From contig CM052817.1 of assembly GCA_028534125.1 (NCBI GenBank), positions 70,620,001-70,684,000 on the forward strand: DNA of 64,000 nucleotides. The letters run 5' to 3'. The notes beneath the pieces are model-generated. The model saw only the letters and a list, made by a program, of their open reading frames with translations. It was not told where the DNA came from and did no database searches. Source of the DNA: Lama glama. Taxonomy: Eukaryota. Position 1 is the stretch's first letter. Every line of letters starts with the position of its first letter. The position numbers and the translations under genes are program-made. Below are positions 1-13,644 of this stretch, in pieces.

Positions 1-169
1 TTTAGGTTATTGAAAGTACACTGCACAATATCACCCTTATATATACTCCTTTTGAATTTCCTCAACCAACCACCTTCTTAATGAGCTTGTGATCCAATAT
101 ATGTGTAGTCTGACTTTCTCGTCACTTATCTCACTTCTTCCATTTAAAATTCTCCCTGTTTAAGATTTT

Positions 170-435
170 GCAGGGAAAACAGAGGCTTTCAGGTATAAGT
201 TCCCCCGATGCCATGTCTCTCATCGATTCAAACCCATGTGGACCTCCTCACTACAGCAGAGGAAGAAGATGCTCTCTTTCCAGACAGGGCGAATGCATCC
301 AGTCCACTCTGGAATTCATCTTCGCCTCCGCCCTCAGGGATCTATCTCAACCAATTATCCCTACATCTGCATCAGAACCGTCTGCTCTCGGCTAATTCCT
401 TCCCCTTAGCACATAAACATGTTTAATCATTTCCT
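170..435 (+). mobile_element. L2 relic
   Basis: Pyrimidine-rich L2-like text ending tccttccccttagcacataaacatgttt. Confidence 0.5.
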
Positions 436-1281
436 CACTTGGGTAAATTGTTTGGGAAGTGAATGTCAATGCTAAGCAAAGGCAGAATTTGGAAATTGTA
501 GTGATAGGAGATCTGAGAGTGAAGAAAAGACTTGGGTTTTATTAGTGTCTATGATTCCATTTTTCCAAGCGTCTCCAGAGTATTTCACTTCTGAAAATGT
601 TGATGTTAGAAAGGAAACCATATAACCAAAAGTACATTAATTCAGTGTTTAGACTGAGAATGTGTATGTTCAATTCAAAAAGGTTTGTTTCCCATTATAA
701 ACCTAACTGTCACTTGAAAAAATATTGTTCACTAAAACTGGACATTTCATTATATTGATGTATAACCCTGGAAAGAAATATTTCAGATGAAAATAAGAGC
801 AAATTTTAAATCAAATGTTTTAACTAGAGACAAACATCTGGTATTTTTTAATTAGGTCTTTGTTGCATGATCAGAGTTAAGTCAGAGATTTAGAAAGACT
901 ACTTATAACTCTGAAATCTGTGAAATTACATTAGTTGCATATTTTAACACTATATTTAATAAAAGTCAAGGGATGGCTATTAAAAAATTAATATACTATA
1001 TTTATCACTGTTAGAAAACTATTGCCATCTTTGCTAAACTCCAAAAATAAAAGCAAATTTTAAGATATAACTTTAATTTTGCATTGTGAATACATGTATT
1101 GTTCATAACTATGTTGCCAAGAATATAGCCTCCGCTACCAAAAATGTGCATATGCTCCTTTGATCTCACTGGCAGGAAAGATGGTAGCAAACCAAAGACA
1201 GTGTCAGCCATTACTAGGAAGGAACTGGGAAAAAAGTGATGTTGAACATAAGGCACAGACATACATTCGAGTTAAAGCACA

Positions 1282-1282
<1 letters not shown>

Positions 1283-1312
<30 letters not shown>
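1283..1312. repeat. (AC)15 microsatellite
   Basis: Direct read. Confidence 0.95.
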
Positions 1313-1314
<2 letters not shown>

Positions 1315-2489
1315 CCCAAAGGGCTATTTTACTAATCAACATTTTGCTTAAATGTATTTTCTTTTGAGTATCCACTGATTAATAATCCCATTATATATCT
1401 GTGACATTGCAGTCATTAGATTTAAGCTTACAAATGAAAGCTTCACGGATCAAAAATTGATTTTAAGGTTAGAGTTGTCACTACCAGTTGGTTAAGATAC
1501 CTACATTTGATTAGTTTTCAGTTTCTAGTACACATACAAATTTATAAAATAATGGGCAAATGCCACAGAACCATTCACTGATTTATCTAATCTTAATCGT
1601 GTATTCTCATCTTAATCTTATATTCTATCTTATCTTAATCCTTTATTCTCAGCCTGAATAGTGACTTGAATGAAGAATGTCATAAACTCATTATTCACTA
1701 GTCAAGCTAGTGCTTATTATTCTTAAAATTAAAATCAATTGTTCTTGTGTTCTAATATTCTAAAATAATTCTGTTATTGTTATCCCCATGCCTTCAAAAG
1801 TTTGAATCAAATAGTTTTTCCAAACAAAGAGTCAATCTTTTTAGTCCATTTTTATCAATCAATGAATTGTTCTTTCTTAGGTATTCTCTTGATGGGCACT
1901 TTTATATCTGCATATTCTTTGTATACAACCAATTAAGATGAGAATAATCTGGTCTCCTTTATTTTACGTAATCAATTCTTTGTATATGTCTTAGGACTGA
2001 GAACTGTGTAACATATAAAATCTCACCATATTAAACTAAATTTCTTTCAGTTTAACTCCATAAGTGTTAAACTATCATTTAAACCATGAAATATACTCAT
2101 TTCAGTATAAGTCCTGGGAAATGTAGAATGTATTAACTTTTTCATTAAAGGGCTTTTGCATAATGGCAATAAGTTTCTTCAAAAGATAAAATCCAGATGA
2201 GCCACTGAAAAATTCTAAGTGTGTAGTAACACCCCTTATCTGCAGATAAAATTTCACACCTAAGTTTTCATGATCTCTCAGAAAAGACCATGGAGAGCTA
2301 TAGAAAGTTAAAAGTTGGAAATAAGTAAGAAATCATACAGTGCACTGATTTCCTTTCCTGTCTTCCCCTGCCCCTGCTGGATTTCATTTCTAAACATCAT
2401 GTAAAATATTGTGTAGAATATGACAAGCAAGTAAGTTAAAGAAATATGAGAGTTCCTATCTGGTGATCGCCTTTACGAAAGGCGTGTTA

Positions 2490-3110
2490 CTCGGGCCTGA
2501 GAGTGATCCTTCCTTCACACCTCCTGCTCCAGGTCCACCAGATCCTGTACTTACTCAACATATGTCTCTGGTCCAGCCCTCTTGTTCAGCTGCATTGCTA
2601 TGCTCTTGTTCAAACTCCCTTCTCTCTCACGGAAGCTAATGTGACATCCAGCTAAAAAGCCACTGTGTTTTGAGTCCTCTTAAGTCCTTTCTGCACAGTG
2701 CTGCCTGAGAGAGCTTTCTAAAAGACTAATCTCTAAAAGACATACCTTTCCTGGGCTGGAAAATCTTTCCACGGCTTTCCATGGCTTCTGAGAAAAGCCC
2801 GAGCTCTTGCAGTAGTTATGGTTCGCCACATAAGACACCTCTGCCCCTCTGCCCCTCTGACAGTCTGTCCCTTTAGTAGGCTTTTCCTGTCTAGTCATCC
2901 CTCCTCCACCCACTCCATAACTCAGAGCTCAGTGCCCCTGCCCCTGGGGTTAGGTCCCCCTCTTTTATTCTCCAAAGCACCCCTATGACAGCACTTCTTT
3001 CCCAGAATTTACCAACCGTTTTGTAATTGTCGGGTTACTTCTTTCTGTACCCTAAACATCTTTTCTCATGCACTGGAGCTGGCATAGAGTAATTGCTCAG
3101 TGAATCCTTT
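2490..3110 (+). mobile_element. L2 3' relic
   Basis: ccacggctttccatggcttctgagaaaagccc ... ctggcatagagtaattgctcagtgaat (L2 tail). Confidence 0.6.
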
Positions 3111-3119
3111 TGGGGTCGT

Positions 3120-3630
3120 TTATGAATTCATCCACTTAGTTTATTGAATGCCCATTGAATTTCAGGCAATGTTTTAGGCACTGGGGATACAGTAGTGAAC
3201 AAAATAAATAAAAAGCATGCCCTCCTGGACATCCTATTCTAGTGAATGGGGAAAGACAGTGAAAAAATAAAATAAACAAGTAAAATATAAAGTTGTGTCA
3301 GGTGACACATGGGGGTAGGGACTGAGAGTAGATGTGGTGATATTTTAAATTAGGGGCTCACTGAGGGCTTTAGGATAAAAGTGACTCCTGGATAGAGCTC
3401 TGAAAGAGGTCAGGCAGAGAGCCGGACATATAGAAGGGGGAAGAATGCTCCAGGCAAGGGAACAGCAAGTGCGAAGGCCAAGAGGCAGGCACATGCTGAG
3501 TGTGTTCAAAGAGCACAGAGGAGGCAATAGGTAGATATTAGAAGATGGGCATGTGGAGAGGGAAGGGCAATAGTAGAATGGCCTCGTAGGTGCTTGTAGG
3601 CACAATGGTGCTGACTTTGAGTATGATAAA
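3120..3630 (-). mobile_element. L2 3' relic, tail-to-tail with the previous copy
   Basis: tttattgaatgcc...ttttaggcactggggatacagtagtgaacaaaa is the reverse complement of the L2a end. Confidence 0.75.
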
Positions 3631-6409
3631 AATTATAGTAATGAATAATGAACACATAGAGTAAATCAAGATTTTCCTCAAACCTTAGACAGTGGTGTCT
3701 CAAGATAGGAATGACAAGATTTTTCATGGGCATTCACTTGAGTCATCCTAGAGCTACTGTCCTACCCTAAAGGCCTCGAGATTACCTCTCAGTACAAGAG
3801 CCAGTGGAGGAATTCAGTTTAGGACTTCTGTATTAAAACAGCAAAGCAGAAATCATCTTAGTTACATGGTCTCATTAACACGGAGCGTGTTGTAGATGTG
3901 GATGTAGGTCTAAGGTTTCTAATGCAGTTCAGAAAGCCATTATGAAAAAAGTAGGTCGAATTATCAATCCACGTTAATCTTCAAAGCAGGCAGTTAGGAA
4001 ATGGATGTTGCTATAACCATTATGCATTGGCTACACTTTCCAGTTTGTAAAAATAACATTTTTTAATTAAAAAAAAGTCTTTCACTTGATAGATCATGGA
4101 ATGGGAAAAAATAATGAATTTTTCTGACACTACTGATGTTAGCACAAATTTGATTGAGGTATTAATTACTTAAACAGGATGCAGAGTTTCTAAATGATGT
4201 GCTTTAGGGTGCCTCTTGGGAGGTGTTTTAAGGTAAGTTCTGGTTGCCTGCTATTAGGAAATGATGCTCGTGTGAGCAGGGGGCGGACATAGTTCCTGTT
4301 CTGTCCCTGATGGCTAACAGTAAAATTTGAAGCTGTGAAAGCTGCTGGTCACTTCTGCATACAAGAATATACAACCAGCTTCTGTAATAAAAAACACAGG
4401 GAACGAAAAAGAGGTGGCCCATCTGTGAAGGTGAAAATAAAAGCCCCAATCTATTAAGCCATTTAAAATTATTTCCTTTCTGAGTTAAGAATTTTTCCAT
4501 GATTTAATAAAAGTTAGGCAAAATGAAGAAAATACTTTTAAAAGTCTGTTTCTATGGGGAAAAATGATAACACATGTAATCTAACTTATTGGAGTCATAA
4601 AATGTGAGTATCAGACTTTCTCAAGGGTTTGGTGCAACAGACTTTAATTACAACTTTTTGAAAGCTATTAACCTTGTCACAAGATCAGAAAATACACAAA
4701 CTTGGTTTATAAAGAGTAAGAGGAAATTTGAAATAAAGACTGGAAATTTGTCTTACTTAAGAAAGATTCATTTAAGATGTACTTATATAAAATTCCATGT
4801 TCTCCTTGGATGTTTGATGAGGGAAGGTCAAGAAATATAAACTCTAGCCCCTATTATATGTATGTCTGGAGTATAATTCAAGTGATGTTTTACAAGATTC
4901 AGATTTCATAGCTTAAGTGTGTGGAAATGCCAAACTAGCAACTATTGGGAAATGTTTAGAATATAAGAGAGTGTGCTGACATGTTTTCAGTGTAAAAGCC
5001 CATGATTTAGTTGAACGGGGTATGAAGGAACACAGCATAAACAAGAAAAGAGTGGGATCGTGCTGAGATGGGAGAGCCTCATCTCTGGTTTCGAGTCTTC
5101 TATGGACTCTGTCTTCAGTCACCCTGAAGCATCTGTATTTTCCCAACCAGTCTCAAATTAATCTCCATGTAAAGGTCTTAATCATTCTTCGAGGCTCAGT
5201 GGCCATAACTCACTTCCTTTGTGAACCTTCTCCAATGCACCCAGACAGGGCTTGTTTTTGTCCTCCATGTTTCTCAAGCACATTTTTAACTGGTTGTATT
5301 TTAATATATTTGCATATTTATAAAATCTGCTTGACTAGGCAGCAGATTCTTCAAGCTGTATATTTTACATCCTCAGCACCTAGGTCAGTGCCTAGCAAAT
5401 AAATAATTATGACTACATTAAAACAATGAATTATTGAATATGAAAATTACTCAATTCCACTTTCTGAATTTCCTCCATTGTTTTGCCATTCAAACTGTCA
5501 TACTTCTCATCACTGGAAGGAGTTCCTAGTTTTGAGATAGTTATTTCTGTTTAAGTATTTGGTATTTTTTGTTGTTCTTGTTTCAATAAGATCACTCCAT
5601 AATTTCTATTATTTGAAGAAGTTCCTCTAAAACAGGTCTCCTTTAGAGATTGTCAGTTAGATGACACATTATTATGTTAATTCATGAATACTTGATGAAA
5701 GAAATTTTAAATGCAGTAATTTTTTTTTAAAAGAATAAATTCTTTTTGACTTCTTTATCTCATGTGCTGACTTTCGGGGAAAATATTAAACCCAGATGAT
5801 TTATTTGTTGGTATTTCTCAAAATCATGCTCTGACCTCTTTAAGAGAGGTCTCTTAACATTCAGGAAATTAAAGAAGCTATTCATTTTTCTTACCACTTG
5901 ACAAAACCAGGACCCCAGACTAAATTTTGGACATTAACTACCACCAGCAGATTAAAGACAGATCTAGGTATTTGAGAATCTATGTTCCGATTAGGTCCCC
6001 AAACAGAGACTCTGTCACCTCTCACCAGATATCCAGGGCTGAAATTAGCTCACTCCATCCCTTCTAAATATTTAATAAATTGTTTCTCACTGCTGCATCC
6101 AAAATGGAAATGATCCGGAAAGTAAGAAAAATTAACAGGCTTTCTCTGCCCTCTGTGATTAAGCATGCTTCCCCTAGCGCACCATAAAGGAAATAAATTT
6201 GTGGTTTGCAAAGGTCTATCACCCTACACGATGCTCAATAAAACATATTTCTATTGAAGAAAGTGTAAGTGCTTTTCCTATTTTAAATCAGCAATGCTAA
6301 GAAACATTAGCTACTAAAATGTAAATATCCCACGACAGGTAGAAGGAAGACTGAAATTTAGGACCATAACATACACTTATTTACTATTTAGATTTGTTTT
6401 CTATCTAGA

Positions 6410-6618
6410 CCAGCACCAACAGAACTTTCTGGAATAATGGAAATGGTCTGTGTTGCTCAATCCAGTATGGTAGCCACTAACCATATGTGGTTTATTGAGC
6501 ACTTGAAATGTGGCTAGCGCGATTGCTAGGAACTAGATTTTAGATTTTGTTTAATTTTATTTAATTTCAGTTTGAATGGCCATGTGGGGCTAGTGGCTAC
6601 TATACTGGAAAGTGTAGA
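6410..6618 (+). mobile_element. MER3-like hAT-Charlie DNA transposon
   Basis: agaactttctggaataatggaaatg...ggtagccactaaccatatgtgg...gagcacttgaaatgtggctag...gctagtggctactatactgga. Confidence 0.8.
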
Positions 6619-6639
6619 TGTAGGAGCTCTAGTCTGAAG

Positions 6640-6770
6640 AATGCATAAGGCTACAGGCAGGTGAACTGGACCCCATTCTGCCACTGACTACTTTGTGAGC
6701 TTGGCCAAGTTATTTATTCACTTTGATGCTGTTTCTTTATCTGTGAAGTGACTAACTAGATGATTCCTAA
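6640..6770 (+). mobile_element. MIR
   Basis: ttctgccactgactactttgtgagcttggccaagtta...gtttctttatctgtgaagtg. Confidence 0.6.
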
Positions 6771-7290
6771 GATTTTTTTCTAAATCTTTTACACTTTACT
6801 GTAGAAATAGCCACAGAGTGTGACTAAAAATTGACACAGTTACTTTCCCACTGTCCCCATGAAAATCAGTCTCTTAGTTACACCATATATATTCATGAAC
6901 ACACTTATACTTTAAATAATCTATAATACGTGAATGACTATACAAAGATGCAGAAGAAAAGGGAGTTCTGTAATTGGATTTATCCTGCCTAATCCTACTC
7001 CTGGTGTGCAATGATACTGGATGAGAGAAAATATAAACTGGATTTCCTTGCATTAGTACCTGATGTATTGATTTATTGATTCGTGTCATTCAGTTACTCA
7101 GTTTACTGAATACACTAGGCACCAAACACAATATATGATGTGATAAATGCTGTGGAGGAGAGGAGAAGACAGCTTCTATCTCAGCTTGGAAGAGTCTGCA
7201 TATCTGTGAATGAGTGTATGTGAAGCTTTTTCCAAGGATGTGGTCAAAATAGAAGTCTATTTTTTTAAGAGTCCCTGTAGACACATGGCC

Positions 7291-7955
7291 CAGTACTGTC
7301 CTTAGCCCTGGACAAGAGCGCTCTTGCTTTGGGGCCCATGCTTTTGGGCATTCTTCCTTGGCTGCATTCCTCCTCCTGTGGGAGCCCACCCCCACCTGAG
7401 ACTGTGCTTTGGGCGTGAAGGACCCTGGAATGCATTACCCCAGTGACTGGAACTCACTTCAAAGACTGTGAATTGCCTTTTTCCCAGGTTTGTTCTTCTG
7501 AAGGAGAACCACACTGCAGGTGTGCAGGACAATAAACTGGAAGATGGGGCAAAGAGGTGGGCATTTTGAAGTGTGTGGATGGAGTTGGATCCTGTGAGCA
7601 TCCCAAATGTCTACATGAGAGCTCGAGTCTCACAGAGATGTGGGTTGGAGGGAGGTGTGAGGGACCAACGAAGCAGGCCATGGCCAGAAGCTGGGCTGGT
7701 TTAAGGCTCTCTTCACAGAGCCACACTCTGGCCTGGATCTCCAAGGAGGGCAACCATTCTGCATTTGAACTTTCTGAGTCATTATGAGGATATGTCTCAT
7801 GGTTATCCTTGTGAGGACACATCCTCGAGGTTAGAGGAAAGAATGTATTTTATGTACCATTTAATTCATTTGGTTTATGCCTTTTGAATATTTAGACTTA
7901 CTGTATAAAGATTTCCATTTGTACTCTTGCCCTGAAATTTGTACATTTGCCCTTA
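7291..7955 (+). mobile_element. MER115/Zaphod-like hAT-Tip100 element
   Basis: Starts cagtactgtccttagccctggacaag...ggggcccatgcttt and ends tccatttgtactcttgccctg. Confidence 0.6.
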
Positions 7956-10900
7956 ATCTGCAGGTATAAGGACTAACACAGACCCAGCTTTATTTTGAAA
8001 AGTTTCTTCTTAATCTAGTGAAAAGATATGAGAATTTGGTAAAAGAGATTAATTACAATTTCATTAATACTCTTATACAAAAGTGACATATGTTGCATTA
8101 GTTTAGCTACAGTAGGTTGGATTCTGTAAAAGAAATAATAATTAGAGACATTGGTTATAGATTTGAAAGAGAATTTTTAAGTCTTTCTTGCATTAAAACT
8201 TAATATATGACTGTATTCATTGCATCTAATTATTTATAGAATACAGTGGTGTACATATATAACATGGACAAATGACTAATATATGTCTATGCTTTTATAA
8301 TGAAAATATAGTCGGATAACAAGATTTTAGAGCTGGACAGGGCTCAGATGTCATTTAGTCTCACCACTTTTATACATGAGGAATCAAAGGCCTAGATATA
8401 TTAATATGTCTAATATGATATAGCTTATTAGACCTTTGACTGAAACCAGTGAAAAATATTAAAAATAGAGCTTATCCACAGCCTGGAAGTTGGTAAGAAA
8501 AACAAAATGAGTTAGGGAAGACTACAGACAGTCATCTATTCAGCCTTTTAGACTATCTTTTCATATTTGTGTTACTTGACTGTGTTCTTAAATTGGTCCT
8601 GACAATGCTCCCCACAAGTCAGCTTTTTATTTCTGAGAGACTAAATCAACTTTAAAGGAAAGTCAAGTGTTCCTCTCTGTCCCCATACTAACGCGACCTT
8701 GAGACACCACTGCAGAAGTTCACGTGCACACAGGAATCCACCAGAGCTGAGCAACGGGACGGGGCAGTGGGAGAGCAGCAGAAGGGGAGGCGTTATTCTC
8801 CACTTGCAAAACCAAGTATTGGAGGCTCTGGACAAAAGCACAAGCAGATCTGAAGGGCTCCGTTGATGCGGCCATTGCACGTGCTTCATGGACAACCAGA
8901 CTAAGTGAGGATAATGCAGCACCAGAACGCTTGCCAGGGCGTCCCAGCGGGCAGCGCGCACAACTCAGTTAACGCAGTTTTAACAAAGAAGATTTCATTG
9001 TTAAAATCTAGTCTAATAACGAAATATCCTATAAGATAATTTGGGCTGTTTTGGTTATTTGTGATTTGAAGTTTTGTTTTCTTCGCCAGATTAAAGTCAC
9101 AAAGGGAAGCCTGCTGTTGTCTCCGATGTCTACCATCCTGCTGATTAATATGGCCGGCAGAGCAAAGCACAGTTAAGTAAAATCATTAGTTTTATCAAAT
9201 CTCTGGGCTAGCAATGCATTATAACTAAATATGATAAAGTAAATCTTCATATATTGGTTAATTCAATTTTATCTTAAATGAAGCAGAAGCAACTATTTAT
9301 GCTTATGTTATTAGCTAACATAAAATACATTATATTCACTTGACCCAAATGTATTCAATGTGTTTGCAGGCAAAATCAAAACAAACTAAAAAACATCTAT
9401 AACCTCTTTGGACACAACCCAAATTTCACTTTAAGGAGCAATAACAGAGGCATTTTTCTGAGTTTTGAACTCTCAGACACCACCAGGGCCCAATGAGTGA
9501 CATTTTAAGTACTCATAATTCAGAAAGAGACGTATGGATTTGCTATGGAGCTTGCATATATTTGGGGGGAGGGAGAGGAAGGAAGAGTTTCAGAGTAGGG
9601 AAAGTGATACGGTCTATGAAATCTTGGTTATAGACACTTTGGGCGAAAAAATAATTTCCAGGAAACTTGGATTAGTTGGTATATTGAATATACATCATCT
9701 ACGTTTTATGTTTTGGGTTATTTCTACTAATTTGTCAAAGAAAGAAACAGTAAGAACATGAAAAGGAAAGATACTTTCAAAAATACTGTTTTAACAACTA
9801 TTAGCAGCTTTAGCAGCAACATTATCACAAAAGCGGAGGTAGGGATAAAAAAAATACTATTTTAACAACTATTAAAATTTCTGAAGAACTGAAAAATAAA
9901 GATCATTCCTGCTGGGGTTCAGAACTTTAGCACTTCCAATTGTGGGTTAGTTCTTGGTTTGGTTTTTGAGTCAAGTTTTATAAGCCAGAACAATTCTCTC
10001 CTGATTTAGATGGAGTCCAGTTTATTTTAGCTCAAGATTCTGCCTTTTAAAATCTCCTCTAGAACTTCTCAGAAAACCCGAAGGTCTTGTTTACGGAATA
10101 GAGGCACAGCAGGATTAAATAAATGTGAAACTGCTTGAGAGGCAGGACCTCTTTTTCATTCTATCAGAGATGCTGCTAATCTTCAGATGACTATTTTTGC
10201 AGTATAAAATACACAGCGTGGATTATGAAAACTAATTCCCCACCGGACACACTCATAAACAGTTTTGTCAGAGCTAATTTTAGATCATTCCTAGTTTTTT
10301 CCATCATTAGAGACAATTTAAATTTTAAAGCATTCTCCAGTGCCTCTCAAGATCCTCAAGTAAGCAAACACTCCTCCACAACACAAACCAATAAATGTAA
10401 TGGGTTTTGTACATCATGGAAAAGATGAGAGCAGTAATGCTTATTATCTTTCTTCCCTTGTTCGAACTGGTGGATGAATAGGGGTGCGATATGAAAAGCT
10501 GATAATGTAAGATGATGTGATATACAGAAGGCCAAAATGATGGCAACAAACAGGACAAAAGGAATAAGCTGCACTACCAGTCGCAGCATTTGACACATTC
10601 TAATTTAATTGACAGATATTATCACACTGCTGTTGGCCCTTACAGAGGTCTTTCAGCACACCAGGTTACGTCATCTGGTGTTTCTGTCTTAACAGCGATA
10701 CTTCTCATTTATGGAAGTCTTCGTTCCACAAAGCATTTTCATATTTTTATTATTTCACTTGCTTCTCACCATATAGCAAGCGAGACAGATAGAAGAGGAA
10801 TTACTGCCTATATTTTATAGATCAGTAAAAAGGATCACAGAGTACAGTCACAAACTCCTAATTTGTTCTGAGGCCAGGATTACTGATACAATGTACTTTT

Positions 10901-11374
10901 CTTTCTACCAGACTTAGAGCCAAAACACACACCCCCACAGACACACACAAACACACACGTAATATTTGAAAGAAAAAAGAAAATTTCTGAGAAAAATTTT
11001 CTCCTCTTAACAGATGTGACTATATTTGCAGTACCTTCCTCTGTCTATGAGATGGGTTAAAATATACAGGTGCTATTTAAGTTAACAAACATAGTGATAT
11101 TTTTAAAATGATACTTTTTAAAATAATAGAAATATTTCACTTTAAGCAAATATAATAAATAAAAACTCAGTTTTGCTGGAATGAGAAATTAGGGGATTAC
11201 ATTGCTTTACAAAAAGACTCTGAATAGGACTGCTTTAATAGCAAAATTCCCCAGTACATTTAAGATATGTTGATTTATGAAAATCTGATTCATATAGAAC
11301 TTTACAGGAATACATCTGTTATATAAATCTTTGCTCACCTGTAATTTATTCTAGAGGGAATAATTGAGTGATGA

Positions 11375-11550
11375 TAATAATAATAACATACTCATGTAGT
11401 TCTTCATTATATATTTTAAAGTGCTTTCTCCTAATTTATTGCATTTGTCTTTGGCGGCCTTATAAGGGAGGCAGAGAGGGTATTACTATCCTTTCTTTAC
11501 AGATGAGAAATTGAGAGGTTAAGTGACTTGCCCAAGGTCAGACAGACTAT
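11375..11550 (-). mobile_element. MIR
   Basis: tttacagatgagaaattgagaggttaagtgacttgcccaaggtca. Confidence 0.8.
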
Positions 11551-11644
11551 TCATTCATTTACTGCTATTTGAGTGATGTAGTTTTAACAGGGTAGTCAAG
11601 GAAGTAAGGTTCTTCCTCTTAATTTTTTTTTAACCAGCTGTGAA

Positions 11645-11980
11645 GGCTATTAAAACAGAGGTGGATGATCTCACAAATATAATGTTGAACGAAAGAAGCC
11701 AAACACAAAAGTTACATGTTGTATGATTCTATCAATATAAAATTCAAATGCACGCAGAATTAATCTACATTGGCAAAGGCAGAAGAGGGGGTAGTGACGG
11801 AGGGTGGGATAAAGGGGGTTTCCTAGGATATGATAACTTTCTATTTCTTGATCTGGTTTGTGGTTACAGTTATGCTCACTGTGAAAATTCACTAAGATGT
11901 ATACTTATGATTTGTCTACTTTTCTTTATATATGTTACAAATTTTCTTTTAAAAAAGAATTTTTTATATAATTAAAAACA
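11645..11980 (+). mobile_element. Old L1ME-type 3' end
   Basis: gatctcacaaatataatgttgaacgaaagaagccaaacacaaaa...ttcttgatctggtttgtggttacag...gtgaaaattcactaagatgtatactta. Confidence 0.75.
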
Positions 11981-13644
11981 GTAGAGTGCACTTTAGAAGA
12001 TCACTACATTACAAGGCTTTGAACATTTGTGATTTCAATTGAGTTTCTTAGCTGCATTTTTTGAAATGAGAGTATGAACTAAATCTGACTAGTTTAAAGG
12101 GAGAAGAAAAAGTTTAGAGAAAAAATATCCAGGATCATCTTTATCTGAAAAGTTGCTATATGAAATGGGAAATCGGAGCAAACTAAGATAATAAGATAAT
12201 TCATTTAGGACTAGGTGGACTCTGCATGCCTGGGAACGAACGAGGGCTCCTGAGAATCCCAAGTAGCCTTCAGTGTAAGGAAGTATGGGAGGAATATGGT
12301 TTGACCATTATCCACGATAGAAACTACAGGTGCATTCAAATGCTTAAAGCAATTTCAAAATTTATATTGTCGTTCTCCCAAAATCCTCCACCCACTGTGA
12401 TCCTATAACCCTGAGAGCTAATGCTGTACTTGTATGTGAAGTTACCACGGATGATGGATTTAATTTTCACATATGGTCCTTCTGTTATTCTTTTTCTTTC
12501 ATTTTATTCTTTTAAAAGAGAATCCATTATAGCACCCCTGATTATCCCTGTCAAATATCTATCTTGATACTACAGGTCAGGAACAGAGAACTTCCAAGCG
12601 GTAGGTCAGGTTGGGTCCCAGGACGCTTTCATCCCACCAGTGACGTTTCCAGGGGAGCTACCCTACAGCTAAGACTGCAGCCTGCTGAGTGTCTCCCCAG
12701 GAGGGCTGTTGAAGGCATCCTGTGCGGGGAGAAGCCTTTGACATTTAACCCAAACACACATTTGTTTTAATTCCTGACCGACTAGCGTGTTCCTGTGCAT
12801 TCATTTCACTAGGACTAGCTAACTATTTTTTAAAAATAAATTTTGTATCCTGAACACCTGCAGGCTGCATGCCACGCATCGTGTGGAATGGATGTGATCA
12901 AGCCAGTTGCGATCACTGCACCCAGGCCGAGTGTGAGATACAGCTGTGTCTGGGATTCGGGTTATTAGAGAGGATCACTCTGTGTTCCCCAATATTGTTT
13001 ATGGCACGAAGTAGGTCAGAAAGGTGGCTCCAGAGACAGAGGGGAAGAGACAGGGAGAAGTTGGTGGAAGGAATTCTACTCTTTGGGGCTCAGTCAGCTG
13101 CCCCAATTTCTCTTTCACTGGCAAAGGACACACAATCCTGAGGAGCTGGGACCTGCAGGTCTACGGGAAAGCCCAAGAGGACTCACTTCATGATTTTTTG
13201 TAATGACAGGGATCAAGAAGGCACAACTGTTTCTCTCTGGCTGTAGACCTTCAGCAAAAGAAAAACTCCTGGAATCACTGTGGAAGATGTGCTGTACTAA
13301 TGCACAGGTAGTCACTCCTGGATCCTTTGAAAACTCATTTTTGTTCAAGCTAACAAGCTTATCCCTGAATTTATAGCAGAGTCTTCCTCAGGGTCTCTCT
13401 GTTACTCGCTCCACCTGGAACCTCCTTCTGTTTCCTTCCTGTATCAGTTCTGCAGATGCATTGTCATGTGATCCTTACCATATGATGGACAGGCCCTATC
13501 ATTTTTAAACTTTAACTGATTCTCATTCTTTTTGTCATAGGTCACATGACAGACACATTTATTACACAAAATCTTGACCACAGTTTTGAATAACTTGTCC
13601 TTCTACTCATTTCAGTGTAGAAAAAGATAAATTGAAATACTTGC

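Noticed and set aside
1..13600. Next COL25A1 exon (GPLGPPGQK)
   Set aside because: No Gly-X-Y exon found by eye. It probably lies beyond the left edge, though a 27-nt exon could be missed.
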